This document shows positions 39,271 to 49,017 of a stretch of DNA of 64,000 nt, piece by piece. Source of the stretch: Thermodesulfovibrionales bacterium (GTDB lineage: Bacteria; Nitrospirota; Thermodesulfovibrionia; Thermodesulfovibrionales; UBA6898). The position numbers were made by a program, and so were the translations under genes. The stretch is taken from positions 82,534 through 146,533 of the forward strand of contig JBIOIY010000004.1 in NCBI GenBank assembly GCA_044450345.1, read 5' to 3'. The notes under the pieces were generated by a model. It did no database searches. It was given only the letters and a program-made list of their open reading frames with translations, and was not told the DNA's origin. Each line of letters begins with the position of its first letter. Position 1 is the stretch's first letter.

Positions 39271-39929
39271 CCGATTTCCTCCCCGACAAGCGCACCCATC
39301 TCAAGTCTTAAGACCCTTTTGCCGCTGTTCCTGTAGAGCTCGCGGTTGTGGGTGGCTATCATAATTGTAGTCCCCTTGGCGTGAATGTCCTTGAAGGTCT
39401 TCATGACGCCTTCTGCCGTAAGGGAATCGAGGTTCCCCGTCGGTTCGTCGGCGAGGACTACGGTGGGCTCGGCCACGATCGCCCTCGATATGACCACCCT
39501 CTGCTGCTCACCGCCCGAAAGACGTCTGGGGTACACATCGGCCTTGTGCCGGAGGTTGACCGCCTTGAGCGTCTCGTATACTTTTGTCTTTAACTCTTTT
39601 TCACCGACGCCCCTGAGCCTGAGTGCGATTGCGACATTCTCGAAGACATTTCTGTTTTCGAGAAGCCTGAAATCCTGAAAGACAACGCCTATGTTCCGTC
39701 TGAGAAAAGGGATGCTCGATTCTTTCAGTTGTTCCGTGTCCCACCCGTCGACGGATATAGTCCCTTTGTCCGGTTTTTCGGCATAGTATATCAGCTTCAG
39801 TAATGTGGTCTTACCCGAGCCGCTTGGTCCCGTAACGAATACCATCTCCCCTTTTTCTACGGAAAAGGTCAGGTCCTTCAGGGCGGTGAGGTTGTCGTAG
39901 TCTTTTGTGACGCCGGCAAACCGGATCAT
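39267..39929 (-). CDS. ftsE: Cell division ATP-binding protein FtsE
   Basis: GPSGSGKTT, GVVFQDFRLL, LSGGEQQR, ADEPTGNLD. Confidence 0.95.
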   Translation of the reverse strand: MIRFAGVTKDYDNLTALKDLTFSVEKGEMVFVTGPSGSGKTTLLKLIYYAEKPDKGTISVDGWDTEQLKESSIPFLRRNIGVVFQDFRLLENRNVFENVAIALRLRGVGEKELKTKVYETLKAVNLRHKADVYPRRLSGGEQQRVVISRAIVAEPTVVLADEPTGNLDSLTAEGVMKTFKDIHAKGTTIMIATHNRELYRNSGKRVLRLEMGALVGEEIG

Positions 39930-39939
39930 TGATGTGATC

Positions 39940-40338
39940 TTATTCCCCTCCCTTGATTATATAATCGAGAAGCACGTCGTCAAGGCTCTTCGGGATCTGT
40001 TGCAGGGGCGGTTCTTTCACTTCCGGCTCCTGTCCCTTCGGTTCGTCTTTTTCAGCAGGGGCTTTTTCTCCGGCATTTTGATCGAGGTCGCTGGTGTAAC
40101 TGCCCCGGATCAGCTCTTTCATCATGTTCTTGTGCTGCTCCTTCATGAGCTCCCTTACTCTTTCTTTATAATCAGGGCTTGAAGCGAGGGCTGCATAACT
40201 GAATTTTTTCGATGCGAGGATAGTCCCTTTGTAATAGAGAAGGGTAATTACGATAGGGTTCTTGAGACCGTTATCCTCTGTCTGGATATGGTAGAGTTTA
40301 CCTTTATAAGGAACGTTCGTATTATAACCGACTAACAT
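39940..40338 (-). CDS. Conserved-looking hypothetical protein, possibly RomY-like
   Basis: GYNTNV..YHIQTED N-terminal domain, acidic/Pro linker, SLDDVLLDY tail; lies upstream of ftsE. Confidence 0.6.
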   Translation of the reverse strand: MLVGYNTNVPYKGKLYHIQTEDNGLKNPIVITLLYYKGTILASKKFSYAALASSPDYKERVRELMKEQHKNMMKELIRGSYTSDLDQNAGEKAPAEKDEPKGQEPEVKEPPLQQIPKSLDDVLLDYIIKGGE

Positions 40339-40494
40339 GCGTTTAGCTGTTGCGTCCTGATGATCAATATTATAATGACTAAAGGGGCAAAAAGTGAAGG
40401 GGCCGCCGACTCTGGTGTGAAAAGTGCGAAGTCTGTATCCCTCCGTGTACGGGCCCGAAACGCTGACAGATCGGCGAAGGTCTGAAGAGCGAAA

Positions 40495-40830
40495 TTACTC
40501 GCCCGAGACTATATCGATAAGTTTTGACCTTTCCTTCATCTGTTCGGTAAGTACTTCGCGCATTAGCACGCAGGCCTGGACGACCTTGGGGTTTGCGATG
40601 CGGTAGTAGATGTTTACGCCGTCTCTCCGCGATTTCAGTATGCCCTTATGCCTCATCACCGCGAGGTGCTGTGAAACGTTCGCCTTGGGAACGCCGAGGA
40701 TATCGACAAGTTCGCCGACGGTCTTTTCACCGTCTTTGAGGGCATTGATTATCTCCAGCCTTTTCGGGCTCGCTAGGGTCTTGCAGACCTCGGACTGCAG
40801 TTCGAACAACGTCTTGTTCTGTTGTTTCAT
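40495..40830 (-). CDS. ArsR/SmtB-family transcriptional regulator
   Basis: CKTLASPKRLEII, VGEL, VSQHLAVMR, YYR..C. Confidence 0.92.
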   Translation of the reverse strand: MKQQNKTLFELQSEVCKTLASPKRLEIINALKDGEKTVGELVDILGVPKANVSQHLAVMRHKGILKSRRDGVNIYYRIANPKVVQACVLMREVLTEQMKERSKLIDIVSGE

Positions 40831-40994
40831 CGTACCTATTCTATTTTTTCGGGCGTTAAAACGTCAAGAAAAAAGTTTTACTGTCCGGAATCTTTGTCCC
40901 ATTAGGTGATGAAGCATCCCGCAGTGTTTACTCACAAGCGATTTTTGTGATAAAATTTATCATCTTCAAATCTACTTAAATAATCCCGGTGAAT

Positions 40995-41936
40995 ATGTCA
41001 AAACAATTTGCAATAGGTATCGACCTCGGGGGTACCAACCTCCGAGTAGCGCTCGTGTCCGACGAGGGAGAAATCATCAGAAAGATAAAGAGACCGTCAT
41101 CGGACCGGATCGTTGCCTCGATTCTGGAATCGATTGATGAAATCGGCCAGGCGGGAGTTCTTGGGATCGGGCTCGGGATAGCGGGGCTCGTAGACAGGAA
41201 GAACAACAGGGTCTTCGCGTCGCCGAACCTGCGCGCGGCAGAGGGAGTCGATATAGTAGGGGAGATCAGGAGGAGGTTCGATGTCCCCGTCTATATGGAA
41301 AACGACGCTAATGCGGCGGCGCTGGGAGAAAAAATAGGAGGTGCGGGAAGGAGTTTCGATAACTTCGTCCTGCTTACCCTGGGTATGGGTATCGGCGGCG
41401 GGATGGTCTACAGAGGAAAATTGGTCAAGGTATCGGCCGAGATTGGGCACATGAGCATCAATGCGGACGCTGAAAAATGTCCTTGCGGAAATATCGGCTG
41501 TCTTGAAAACTATGCATCGGCGAGGGCGATGGTATCCAAGGCGGTGACCCTGCTGGAAAAGGGCGCGGAAAGTCTACTGAAGGAATGCTGCAAGGGGAGC
41601 ATTTATAAAATAACGCCGGAAGATATATACAGGACCGCCCTGGAAGGCGATATGCTGTCCAGGGAGATCCTGAGGGACGCAGGCAAACATCTCGGTGTGG
41701 GGCTTGCGAATATCATCAACATCTTCAGCCCCGAGGCGATCATCCTTGCCGGCGGGCTCATAGGCGCCTGGAACATATATGTGCATGAGGCGATAAAAGA
41801 GGCGTCGAGAAGGGCCTATAAGGACCTGTTCGATTCGGTGAAAATCATACCCTCTTCTCTCAGCGACAATGCGGGTGTCATCGGTGCCGCGTGCCTGGTC
41901 TTTAACGGACTCTCGCGAGAAGTCACGTTATCCTGA
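40995..41936 (+). CDS. ROK-family sugar kinase (glucokinase-like)
   Basis: GIDLGGT, ENDANAAALGE, EIGH, CPCGNIGCLE. Confidence 0.92.
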   Translation: MSKQFAIGIDLGGTNLRVALVSDEGEIIRKIKRPSSDRIVASILESIDEIGQAGVLGIGLGIAGLVDRKNNRVFASPNLRAAEGVDIVGEIRRRFDVPVYMENDANAAALGEKIGGAGRSFDNFVLLTLGMGIGGGMVYRGKLVKVSAEIGHMSINADAEKCPCGNIGCLENYASARAMVSKAVTLLEKGAESLLKECCKGSIYKITPEDIYRTALEGDMLSREILRDAGKHLGVGLANIINIFSPEAIILAGGLIGAWNIYVHEAIKEASRRAYKDLFDSVKIIPSSLSDNAGVIGAACLVFNGLSREVTLS

Positions 41937-41939
41937 TAC

Positions 41940-43727
41940 ATGTCGAAAAACATACGCAACTTCTCGATCATTGCCCACATAGACCACGGAAAGTCTACGC
42001 TTGCCGACCGGCTGCTCGAATACACGGGCGCCCTTAGCGCAAGGGAGATGACGGCGCAGGTCCTCGATTCTATGGACCTCGAAAAAGAGCGGGGAATTAC
42101 CATCAAGGCGCACGCCGTGAGGCTTGTCTATAAGGCGGATAACGGGGAGGCATACATCCTCAACCTCATCGATACGCCCGGACACGTCGATTTCTCTTAT
42201 GAAGTCTCCAGGAGTCTCGCTTCATGCGAAGGCGCCCTTCTCGTTGTCGATGCGACCCAGGGGGTCGAGGCGCAGACGCTCGCCAATGCTTACCTTGCCA
42301 TAGAGCACGACCTGGAGATCATCCCTGTGATCAACAAGATAGACCTCCCGAGCGCGGAGCCGGCGAAGACTAAAGAGCAGATCGAGGACGCTGTCGGCAT
42401 CGATTGCGCGGAAGCGGTGCTGGCGAGCGCGAAGGAAGGGATAGGCACCAAGGAGATTCTCGAAGCGATCGTAAAAAGGGTCCCTCCGCCCTCGGGGACT
42501 GACGTGCGTCCGCTGAAGGCGCTTATTTTCGATTCCTGGTTTGACAACTACCAGGGCGTTATTGTTCTCGTCAGGGTATTTGACGGAAGGGTCCGGGCGG
42601 GGATGAAAATCAAGATGATGGTGATGGGAAGTACGTTCGAGGTGTCGCAGGTTGGCGTGTTTACTCCCAAGATGGAGGCCGCAGCGGAACTGACTGCGGG
42701 CGAAGTCGGATATATTATCGCAGGCATAAAAAGCGTGACGGAGACGAAAATAGGAGATACGATAACGGATGCGGATAACCCTGTTGACGAGCCGTGTCCC
42801 GGCTATAAGGACATAAACCCCTTGGTATTTTGCGGGTTCTATCCGACCTCCACCCATCAATACGAAAACCTCAGGGACGCACTGAATAAACTAAGGCTTA
42901 ACGACGCTTCCTTCAACTACGAACCGGAAACGTCGCTTGCGCTGGGGTTCGGCTTCAGGTGCGGGTTCCTCGGGCTTCTGCACATGGAGATCATACAGGA
43001 GAGGCTTGAGCGGGAATTTGACCTGTCCCTGCTGAGCACCGCCCCCACGGTTGTGTACAGGGTCACGAAGACCGATGGCGAAGTTATCTTTATAGATAAT
43101 CCGGCACTGCTTCCCGAAAAGTTTGAAATGATAGAAGAGCCTTTTGTTATTACCACGATATTCGTCCCCAAGGACTTTATCGGCCCTATTCTGGACCTCT
43201 GTCAGGAGAAAAGGGGTGTCCAGAAGAGCTTCGGCTATATCGGCAAGGACCGGATAAGGGTGGAATACGAACTGCCTCTGAACGAAATCCTCTGGGACTT
43301 TTATGACAGGCTGAAGTCTTTCTCCAAGGGATATGCTTCGATGGATTATGAATTTCTTGGATACCGTGAGTCTGACCTCGTAAAGCTGAATATCCTCCTG
43401 AACGGCGAACCGGTTGACGCCCTTTCCTTGATAGTTCATAAGGACAAGGCGTATTATAAGGGGAGGCAACTCACTGAAAAGCTGAGAGAGATCATACCGA
43501 GACAGATGTATGAGGTCGCGATACAGGCCGCGATCGGCGGTAAAATTATCGCCAGGGAAAGCGTCAGGGCACTCAGAAAGGATGTTATCGCCAAATGCTA
43601 CGGCGGCGATATCACCCGAAAGAGGAAACTGCTCGAAAAACAGAAGGAGGGCAAGAAAAGGATGAAGCAGGTGGGGCGTGTCGAACTCCCTCAAGAGGCC
43701 TTCCTCGCTGTCCTAAAACTGAAATGA
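41940..43727 (+). CDS. lepA: Elongation factor 4
   Basis: [34 protein letters not shown]. Confidence 0.98.
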   Translation: MSKNIRNFSIIAHIDHGKSTLADRLLEYTGALSAREMTAQVLDSMDLEKERGITIKAHAVRLVYKADNGEAYILNLIDTPGHVDFSYEVSRSLASCEGALLVVDATQGVEAQTLANAYLAIEHDLEIIPVINKIDLPSAEPAKTKEQIEDAVGIDCAEAVLASAKEGIGTKEILEAIVKRVPPPSGTDVRPLKALIFDSWFDNYQGVIVLVRVFDGRVRAGMKIKMMVMGSTFEVSQVGVFTPKMEAAAELTAGEVGYIIAGIKSVTETKIGDTITDADNPVDEPCPGYKDINPLVFCGFYPTSTHQYENLRDALNKLRLNDASFNYEPETSLALGFGFRCGFLGLLHMEIIQERLEREFDLSLLSTAPTVVYRVTKTDGEVIFIDNPALLPEKFEMIEEPFVITTIFVPKDFIGPILDLCQEKRGVQKSFGYIGKDRIRVEYELPLNEILWDFYDRLKSFSKGYASMDYEFLGYRESDLVKLNILLNGEPVDALSLIVHKDKAYYKGRQLTEKLREIIPRQMYEVAIQAAIGGKIIARESVRALRKDVIAKCYGGDITRKRKLLEKQKEGKKRMKQVGRVELPQEAFLAVLKLK

Positions 43728-44356
43728 AACCACGGAAGAGAAAATCGAATATACGGGAGACCATAGAGGCGGTTGTTGTCGCTTTTTTGATCGCTCTTGT
43801 TATAAGGACTTTTGTCATCCAGGCGTTCAAGATCCCTTCGGGGTCCATGATACCCACCCTTCTCGTGGGAGACCACATCTTAGTCAATAAGTTCCTGCTC
43901 GGGACCCCGGTGGATATCCCTTTTACGAACATCACACTTTTCAGGATGCCGGGACTCAGGAATGCCCAGAGGGGCGACATCGTTGTCTTCAAGTATCCTG
44001 AAGACCCCAAGAGGGATTTCATAAAAAGGGTAATCGGGGTGGGCGGCGATGTCGTCATGGCAAAGGACAAAAACGTATATGTGAACGGCCGCAGGCTCGT
44101 TGAGCCCTATACGCAGCATGTTGACGAAGAGATCAAGCCCGGTCAGTTCGACAAAAGAGATAACTTCGGGCCTGTTGTCGTGCCCGCGGGGGCTGTTTTT
44201 GTTATGGGAGACAACAGGGACCAGAGTTACGACAGCAGATTCTGGGGGTTTGTCCCTGATTCGGAGATCAAGGGAAAGGCCGTCATCATTTACTGGTCCT
44301 GGGACAGCGATAAGACATGGGTCCGTTTCAGCAGGATAGGGAGTCTCGTAAAATGA
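43724..44356 (+). CDS. lepB: Signal peptidase I
   Basis: [32 protein letters not shown] overlap with lepA. Confidence 0.96.
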   Translation: MKPRKRKSNIRETIEAVVVAFLIALVIRTFVIQAFKIPSGSMIPTLLVGDHILVNKFLLGTPVDIPFTNITLFRMPGLRNAQRGDIVVFKYPEDPKRDFIKRVIGVGGDVVMAKDKNVYVNGRRLVEPYTQHVDEEIKPGQFDKRDNFGPVVVPAGAVFVMGDNRDQSYDSRFWGFVPDSEIKGKAVIIYWSWDSDKTWVRFSRIGSLVK

Positions 44357-44700
44357 AAGGGAGAATAGGCAGACAAGGATTTATAACGACTTTGCTGCTT
44401 CTGTTGTTCCTCGGCGCGTTGGGTTTCGTGGGCATATCCTTCGGCAAACCGTATATGCGTTACAACACCCTCAGATCACATACGAAAGACATACTTTCAT
44501 CGGAGATAAATGTATTGCCGGCCATCAAGGAAAAGATCATGGCAGACGCCGCCGAACTGAAGGTCCCGCTCAAGGAAGAAAATCTTGAATTGACTATGGA
44601 CAATAAAATCATCAAGGTCAAGGCGACATGGTCGGAGACGGTGAATTTCTGGGACTACTATCAGAAACAGCTCGATTTTGTCATGGAGGTTGAATACTGA
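44353..44700 (+). CDS. DUF4845-like membrane protein
   Basis: RQG followed by a hydrophobic N-terminus; directly after lepB, a common context for this family. Confidence 0.65.
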   Translation: MKGRIGRQGFITTLLLLLFLGALGFVGISFGKPYMRYNTLRSHTKDILSSEINVLPAIKEKIMADAAELKVPLKEENLELTMDNKIIKVKATWSETVNFWDYYQKQLDFVMEVEY

Positions 44701-45336
44701 TTGTTTACCGGTCTCGTCGTAGAAATGGGGGAGATAGTCTCTATTGCGAAGCGGAACAACGGTGTGCGCCTTTATCTGAATGCCGGCAGCGTCTCTGCAG
44801 ACGCACAGATCGGCGACAGCATATCGGTAAACGGGACGTGTCTTACTGTGGTGGAAATCAAGGGTAAGACGCTTGGGTTCGATATGTCCGACGAAACGCT
44901 GAGATCGACGAACCTCGGCAGCCTGAGGGCGAAAGACAGGGTGAACCTCGAACCGTCTCTAAGGCTTGATTCAAGGCTCGGTGGACATTTTGTGACAGGC
45001 CATATCGATGGCGTCGGAACAATCAAGTCAAAGTCTGCAGCCGGCGATGCGCATAAAATCGTTATCGGCGCGGGCAAGGACATAACCCGGTTTCTCGTTG
45101 AAAAAGGGTCCGTTGCCGTAGACGGGATAAGCCTTACGGTCGTGGAAGTACTGTCAAATGGTTTTTCGATCGTAATAATCCCGCATACAGCAGCGTTGAC
45201 GACGATAGGGTTTAAAGGCCCCGGGGACACGGTGAATATAGAGGTTGATATTTTGGGCAAGTATGTTTCAAAATTTCTGCATAAAGGGCAGGATTCGGGG
45301 CTGGTGAAGGCCCTTTCGGAAGAGGGGTTTATGTGA
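44701..45336 (+). CDS. ribE: Riboflavin synthase
   Basis: MFTG start (TTG), NGTCLTV, GGHFVTGHIDG, DGISLTV. Confidence 0.95.
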   Translation: MFTGLVVEMGEIVSIAKRNNGVRLYLNAGSVSADAQIGDSISVNGTCLTVVEIKGKTLGFDMSDETLRSTNLGSLRAKDRVNLEPSLRLDSRLGGHFVTGHIDGVGTIKSKSAAGDAHKIVIGAGKDITRFLVEKGSVAVDGISLTVVEVLSNGFSIVIIPHTAALTTIGFKGPGDTVNIEVDILGKYVSKFLHKGQDSGLVKALSEEGFM

Positions 45337-45381
45337 CGCGTTCTTGTGCGGGGCAAAAAGGGTATTTAAGGAGACTCTACA

Positions 45382-46593
45382 ATGTTTAGGAATAAGTGTA
45401 ACACGATAGACGAAGCTATCGAAGACATGGCCAAAGGAAAGATGGTCATCCTGGTCGACGACGAGGACAGGGAAAATGAGGGCGACCTCTGTATGGCCGC
45501 CGAGAAGGTCACTCCCGAGGCGATAAACTTTATGGCCAAATACGGGAGGGGCCTGATATGTCTTTCTCTATCTCCCGAAAAGATCGCTGAGTTGAAGCTG
45601 CCGATGATGACAGATGACAACACTTCATCTTTCGGTACGGCATTTACCGTCTCTATCGAGGCCAAAAAAGGCGTGACTACAGGCATTTCCGCCGCCGACC
45701 GGGCAACGACGATACTGACCGCGATAAACCCGGCATCGACGCCGGAAGATCTTGCGAGGCCCGGACATGTCTTTCCGCTCAAGGCCAGACCGGGAGGCGT
45801 ATTGCAGAGGGCGGGGCAGACCGAAGGATCAGTCGACCTGGCAAGGCTTGCGGGGTTGTATCCTGCAGGCGTTATCTGCGAGATCATGAGCGATGACGGG
45901 ACTATGGCCAGGATGCCCGAACTGCTCGAATTTTCGAAGAAGCATAACATCAGAATAGTCACCATTAAGGACCTGATCGGATACCGTATCAGGACCGAGC
46001 GTTTCGTCCACCGCGTTTCAACGACCAAGCTGCCCACTGAATTCGGAGAGTTTACGGTCATCGCCTTCTCAAACGAGGTAGACACTAATGTGCATATCGC
46101 CCTTGTAAAGGGAGAAATAAAGCCCGAAGAAGATGTTCTTGTGAGGGTCCATTCCGAATGTCTTACCGGAGATGTCTTCGGATCGAAGAGGTGCGACTGC
46201 GGCGAACAGCTCCACAGGGCGATGGAGACGATCAATGAAATAGGCAGCGGCGTCATATTATATATGAGACAGGAAGGACGCGGTATCGGCCTCGTAAACA
46301 AGTTAAAGGCCTATGAGCTCCAGGACAAGGGGCTCGACACCGTGGAGGCGAACATAAAGCTCGGTTTCAAGCCCGATCTCAGGGATTACGGGATAGGCGC
46401 CCAAATATTGGTCGACCTCGGAGTCAGGAAGATGCGGCTGATGACCAACAATCCGAAGAAGATCGTGGGACTCGAGGGCTATGGGCTTAAGGTGGTGGAG
46501 AGGGTCCCCGTCGAAACGAACCCTCATGAGAGGAACCTCGTATATCTGAAGACAAAAAAGAAGAAACTCGGGCATATGCTGAGTAATGTATGA
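45382..46593 (+). CDS. ribBA: Bifunctional DHBP synthase / GTP cyclohydrolase II
   Basis: [32 protein letters not shown]. Confidence 0.97.
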   Translation: MFRNKCNTIDEAIEDMAKGKMVILVDDEDRENEGDLCMAAEKVTPEAINFMAKYGRGLICLSLSPEKIAELKLPMMTDDNTSSFGTAFTVSIEAKKGVTTGISAADRATTILTAINPASTPEDLARPGHVFPLKARPGGVLQRAGQTEGSVDLARLAGLYPAGVICEIMSDDGTMARMPELLEFSKKHNIRIVTIKDLIGYRIRTERFVHRVSTTKLPTEFGEFTVIAFSNEVDTNVHIALVKGEIKPEEDVLVRVHSECLTGDVFGSKRCDCGEQLHRAMETINEIGSGVILYMRQEGRGIGLVNKLKAYELQDKGLDTVEANIKLGFKPDLRDYGIGAQILVDLGVRKMRLMTNNPKKIVGLEGYGLKVVERVPVETNPHERNLVYLKTKKKKLGHMLSNV

Positions 46594-46612
46594 ACGACTA
46601 TCGGAGGGAGAG

Positions 46613-47074
46613 ATGAAGATAATTCAGGGAGAGCTTCAGGCCAAGGGGCTGAGATTCGCGGTTGTCGTGAGCAGGTTCAATGACTTCATTACGAGCAAGC
46701 TTCTTGACGGCGCGGTCGATGCCCTTTTAAGACACGGCGCAAAGGAGGAAGATGTAGATGTAGTGAAGGTCCCCGGCGCGTTTGAGATACCGCTGACTGC
46801 CAAGAAGCTCGCCTCGAAGGGATCATATAATGCGGTGATTTGCCTCGGGACCGTCATCAGGGGGGCGACTCCCCACTTTGATTATGTTGCCGCAGAGGTT
46901 TCAAAAGGTGTAGCATCGGCGTCGATGGAAACCGGTGTCCCGATCGCCTTCGGGGTTATCACCTCCGATACCATCGAGCAGGCGGTCGAAAGGGCCGGGA
47001 CTAAGAGCGGAAACAAGGGTTTCGACGCTGCGATAACTGCGATAGAGATGGCACAAGTTATGAAGAAGTTATGA
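46613..47074 (+). CDS. ribH: 6,7-dimethyl-8-ribityllumazine synthase
   Basis: [27 protein letters not shown]. Confidence 0.97.
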   Translation: MKIIQGELQAKGLRFAVVVSRFNDFITSKLLDGAVDALLRHGAKEEDVDVVKVPGAFEIPLTAKKLASKGSYNAVICLGTVIRGATPHFDYVAAEVSKGVASASMETGVPIAFGVITSDTIEQAVERAGTKSGNKGFDAAITAIEMAQVMKKL

Positions 47075-47117
47075 GACATCTTTTCAAATTTGCCTGTCAT
47101 TCTGGATTTTTTCCCGG

Positions 47118-47152
47118 ACTATTCACTATTCACTATTCACCATTCACTTCTC
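47118..47152. repeat. Heptamer tandem array (ACTATTC)n
   Basis: ACTATTC x3, ACCATTC, ACTTCTC immediately before the nusB ATG. Confidence 0.85.
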
Positions 47153-47153
47153 T

Positions 47154-47564
47154 ATGAACCGCCGAAAAGCAAGGGAATGCGCTCTCCAGATGCTGTTTCA
47201 GTCTGAATTTGCAGGCAAGGAAAAGGGGGTAACATTCCCCGAGGATTTTCTTCCGGGCGCAAAAGAAAAAGAGGGCATGAAGAGATTTGTCGAGGAACTC
47301 GTCACCGGGACAATCCGCAATATCGCGGAGATTGACAAGGTCATGCAGGGAGCGGCCGAAAACTGGGACCTGAACAGGATGGCGGCCGTCGACAGGAACA
47401 TCCTCCGGCTGGCGATCTTTGAAATACTTTACAGAGAAGATATCCCGCCGGCGGTGACGATCAACGAGGCGCTCGAGATCGCAAAAAAATATTCCTCCCT
47501 GGAATCCGTGCCGTTCATAAACGGGCTGCTCGACAAGATCGCGAAGGACTGCGCCAAGGCCTAG
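47154..47564 (+). CDS. nusB: Transcription antitermination factor NusB
   Basis: RRKARE, DRNILRL, INEALEIAK, FINGLLD; follows ribH. Confidence 0.95.
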   Translation: MNRRKARECALQMLFQSEFAGKEKGVTFPEDFLPGAKEKEGMKRFVEELVTGTIRNIAEIDKVMQGAAENWDLNRMAAVDRNILRLAIFEILYREDIPPAVTINEALEIAKKYSSLESVPFINGLLDKIAKDCAKA

Positions 47565-47684
47565 CTGCCGGAATCTGCCTCTCTGATCGAGCAGGTCCTT
47601 TCTCAGTTCTAAGAATGCATAGTCATAGCGAGGGCCGATATTATAAAATAACAGGGCATAAAATTTTTTCATAAAGAGGAGAGT

Positions 47685-48989
47685 ATGATAGCGCGTTATA
47701 CACGGCATGAGATGGGAAGGCTCTGGGAGCCTGAGAACAGGTTCCAAAAATGGCTTGACGTCGAGGTCGCCGTCTGCGAGGCATGGACTGAGATGGGGAA
47801 GATCCCGAAGGGCTCGCTCAGGGTTATAAAGGAACGGGCGGGATTCGACGTGGGGAGGATAGATGAGATAGAGGCCGTCGTCAGGCATGACGTGATCGCG
47901 TTCCTTACCTCTGTGGCCGAGAAGGTCGGTCCTGAGTCACGGTATATCCATAAGGGTCTCACTTCGTCGGACATCGTGGACACCGCCCTGTCTCTACTTA
48001 TGAAAGAGGCGGCGACAATCGTCATAAAGGACATCAGGAACCTGATCGCGGTTCTGCGGGACCAGGCCTTTCGCTATAAAGAAACAGTATGTATAGGCAG
48101 GAGCCACGGCGTGCATGCAGAGCCTATGACGTTCGGCCTGAAATTCGCCCTCTGGTACGAAGAGGCGAAGAGGAACCTCGAGCGCATGGAGAAGGCCAAG
48201 AGGATTATCAGCATTGGAAAATTTTCAGGTGCGGTGGGTACCTTTTCGAACATACCGACCGAGATAGAAGAGAAGGTCTGCAGGAAGCTCGGGCTCAAGC
48301 CGGAACCTGTTGCCACGCAGGTCGTGCAGCGGGACAGGCACGCGGAATATCTTGCCACCCTCGCCATCATAGCCGCCTCCGTCGAGAAGATAGCAGTCGA
48401 GATAAGGCATCTTCAGAGGACCGAGGTCCTCGAGGCGGAGGAGCCCTTTGCAAAGGGACAGAAAGGTTCTTCTGCGATGCCCCACAAGCGGAATCCCATA
48501 GGGTGCGAGAACCTCTCCGGACTTGCCAGGGTAGTCAGGGCGAATGCCGCAGCCGCGATTGAAGACGTTGCGCTCTGGCACGAGAGGGACATATCGCATT
48601 CTTCCGTGGAGCGCGTGATCATCCCTGACAGCACGATCCTTGTTGATTATATGCTCAACAGGCTGACCGGAATACTTTCAGGTCTCCAGGTCTACCCCGA
48701 GAAGATGAAGGAGAATATGGGCCGGAGCTACGGGCTCTTCAACTCTCAGCATGTCCTTATCAGACTGACTGAAAAGGGGATGTCCCGGGAAGACGCCTAT
48801 GCCATAGTTCAGAAGAACGCGATGTCGAGCTGGAAGAAAAAGAAAGACTTCAAAAGTCTGCTCCTCAAGGACAAGGACGTGAGAAGATATCTGAAGGCAA
48901 AGGAGATTGATGACATCTTCGATCTCAAGCATTACTTCCGTAACATCGGCTATATCTTCAACAGGGTCTTCGGCAAGGCCGGGCGATGA
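47685..48989 (+). CDS. purB: Adenylosuccinate lyase
   Basis: RHD, GRSHGVHAEP, GSSAMPHKRNP, ERDISHSS. Confidence 0.97.
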   Translation: MIARYTRHEMGRLWEPENRFQKWLDVEVAVCEAWTEMGKIPKGSLRVIKERAGFDVGRIDEIEAVVRHDVIAFLTSVAEKVGPESRYIHKGLTSSDIVDTALSLLMKEAATIVIKDIRNLIAVLRDQAFRYKETVCIGRSHGVHAEPMTFGLKFALWYEEAKRNLERMEKAKRIISIGKFSGAVGTFSNIPTEIEEKVCRKLGLKPEPVATQVVQRDRHAEYLATLAIIAASVEKIAVEIRHLQRTEVLEAEEPFAKGQKGSSAMPHKRNPIGCENLSGLARVVRANAAAAIEDVALWHERDISHSSVERVIIPDSTILVDYMLNRLTGILSGLQVYPEKMKENMGRSYGLFNSQHVLIRLTEKGMSREDAYAIVQKNAMSSWKKKKDFKSLLLKDKDVRRYLKAKEIDDIFDLKHYFRNIGYIFNRVFGKAGR

Positions 48990-49017
48990 AGGCGGACGGG
49001 AAGAGCCGATCTTGTCG

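Noticed and set aside
44640..44700. FMN riboswitch before the rib genes
   Set aside because: No intergenic space; the upstream gene stop abuts the ribE start
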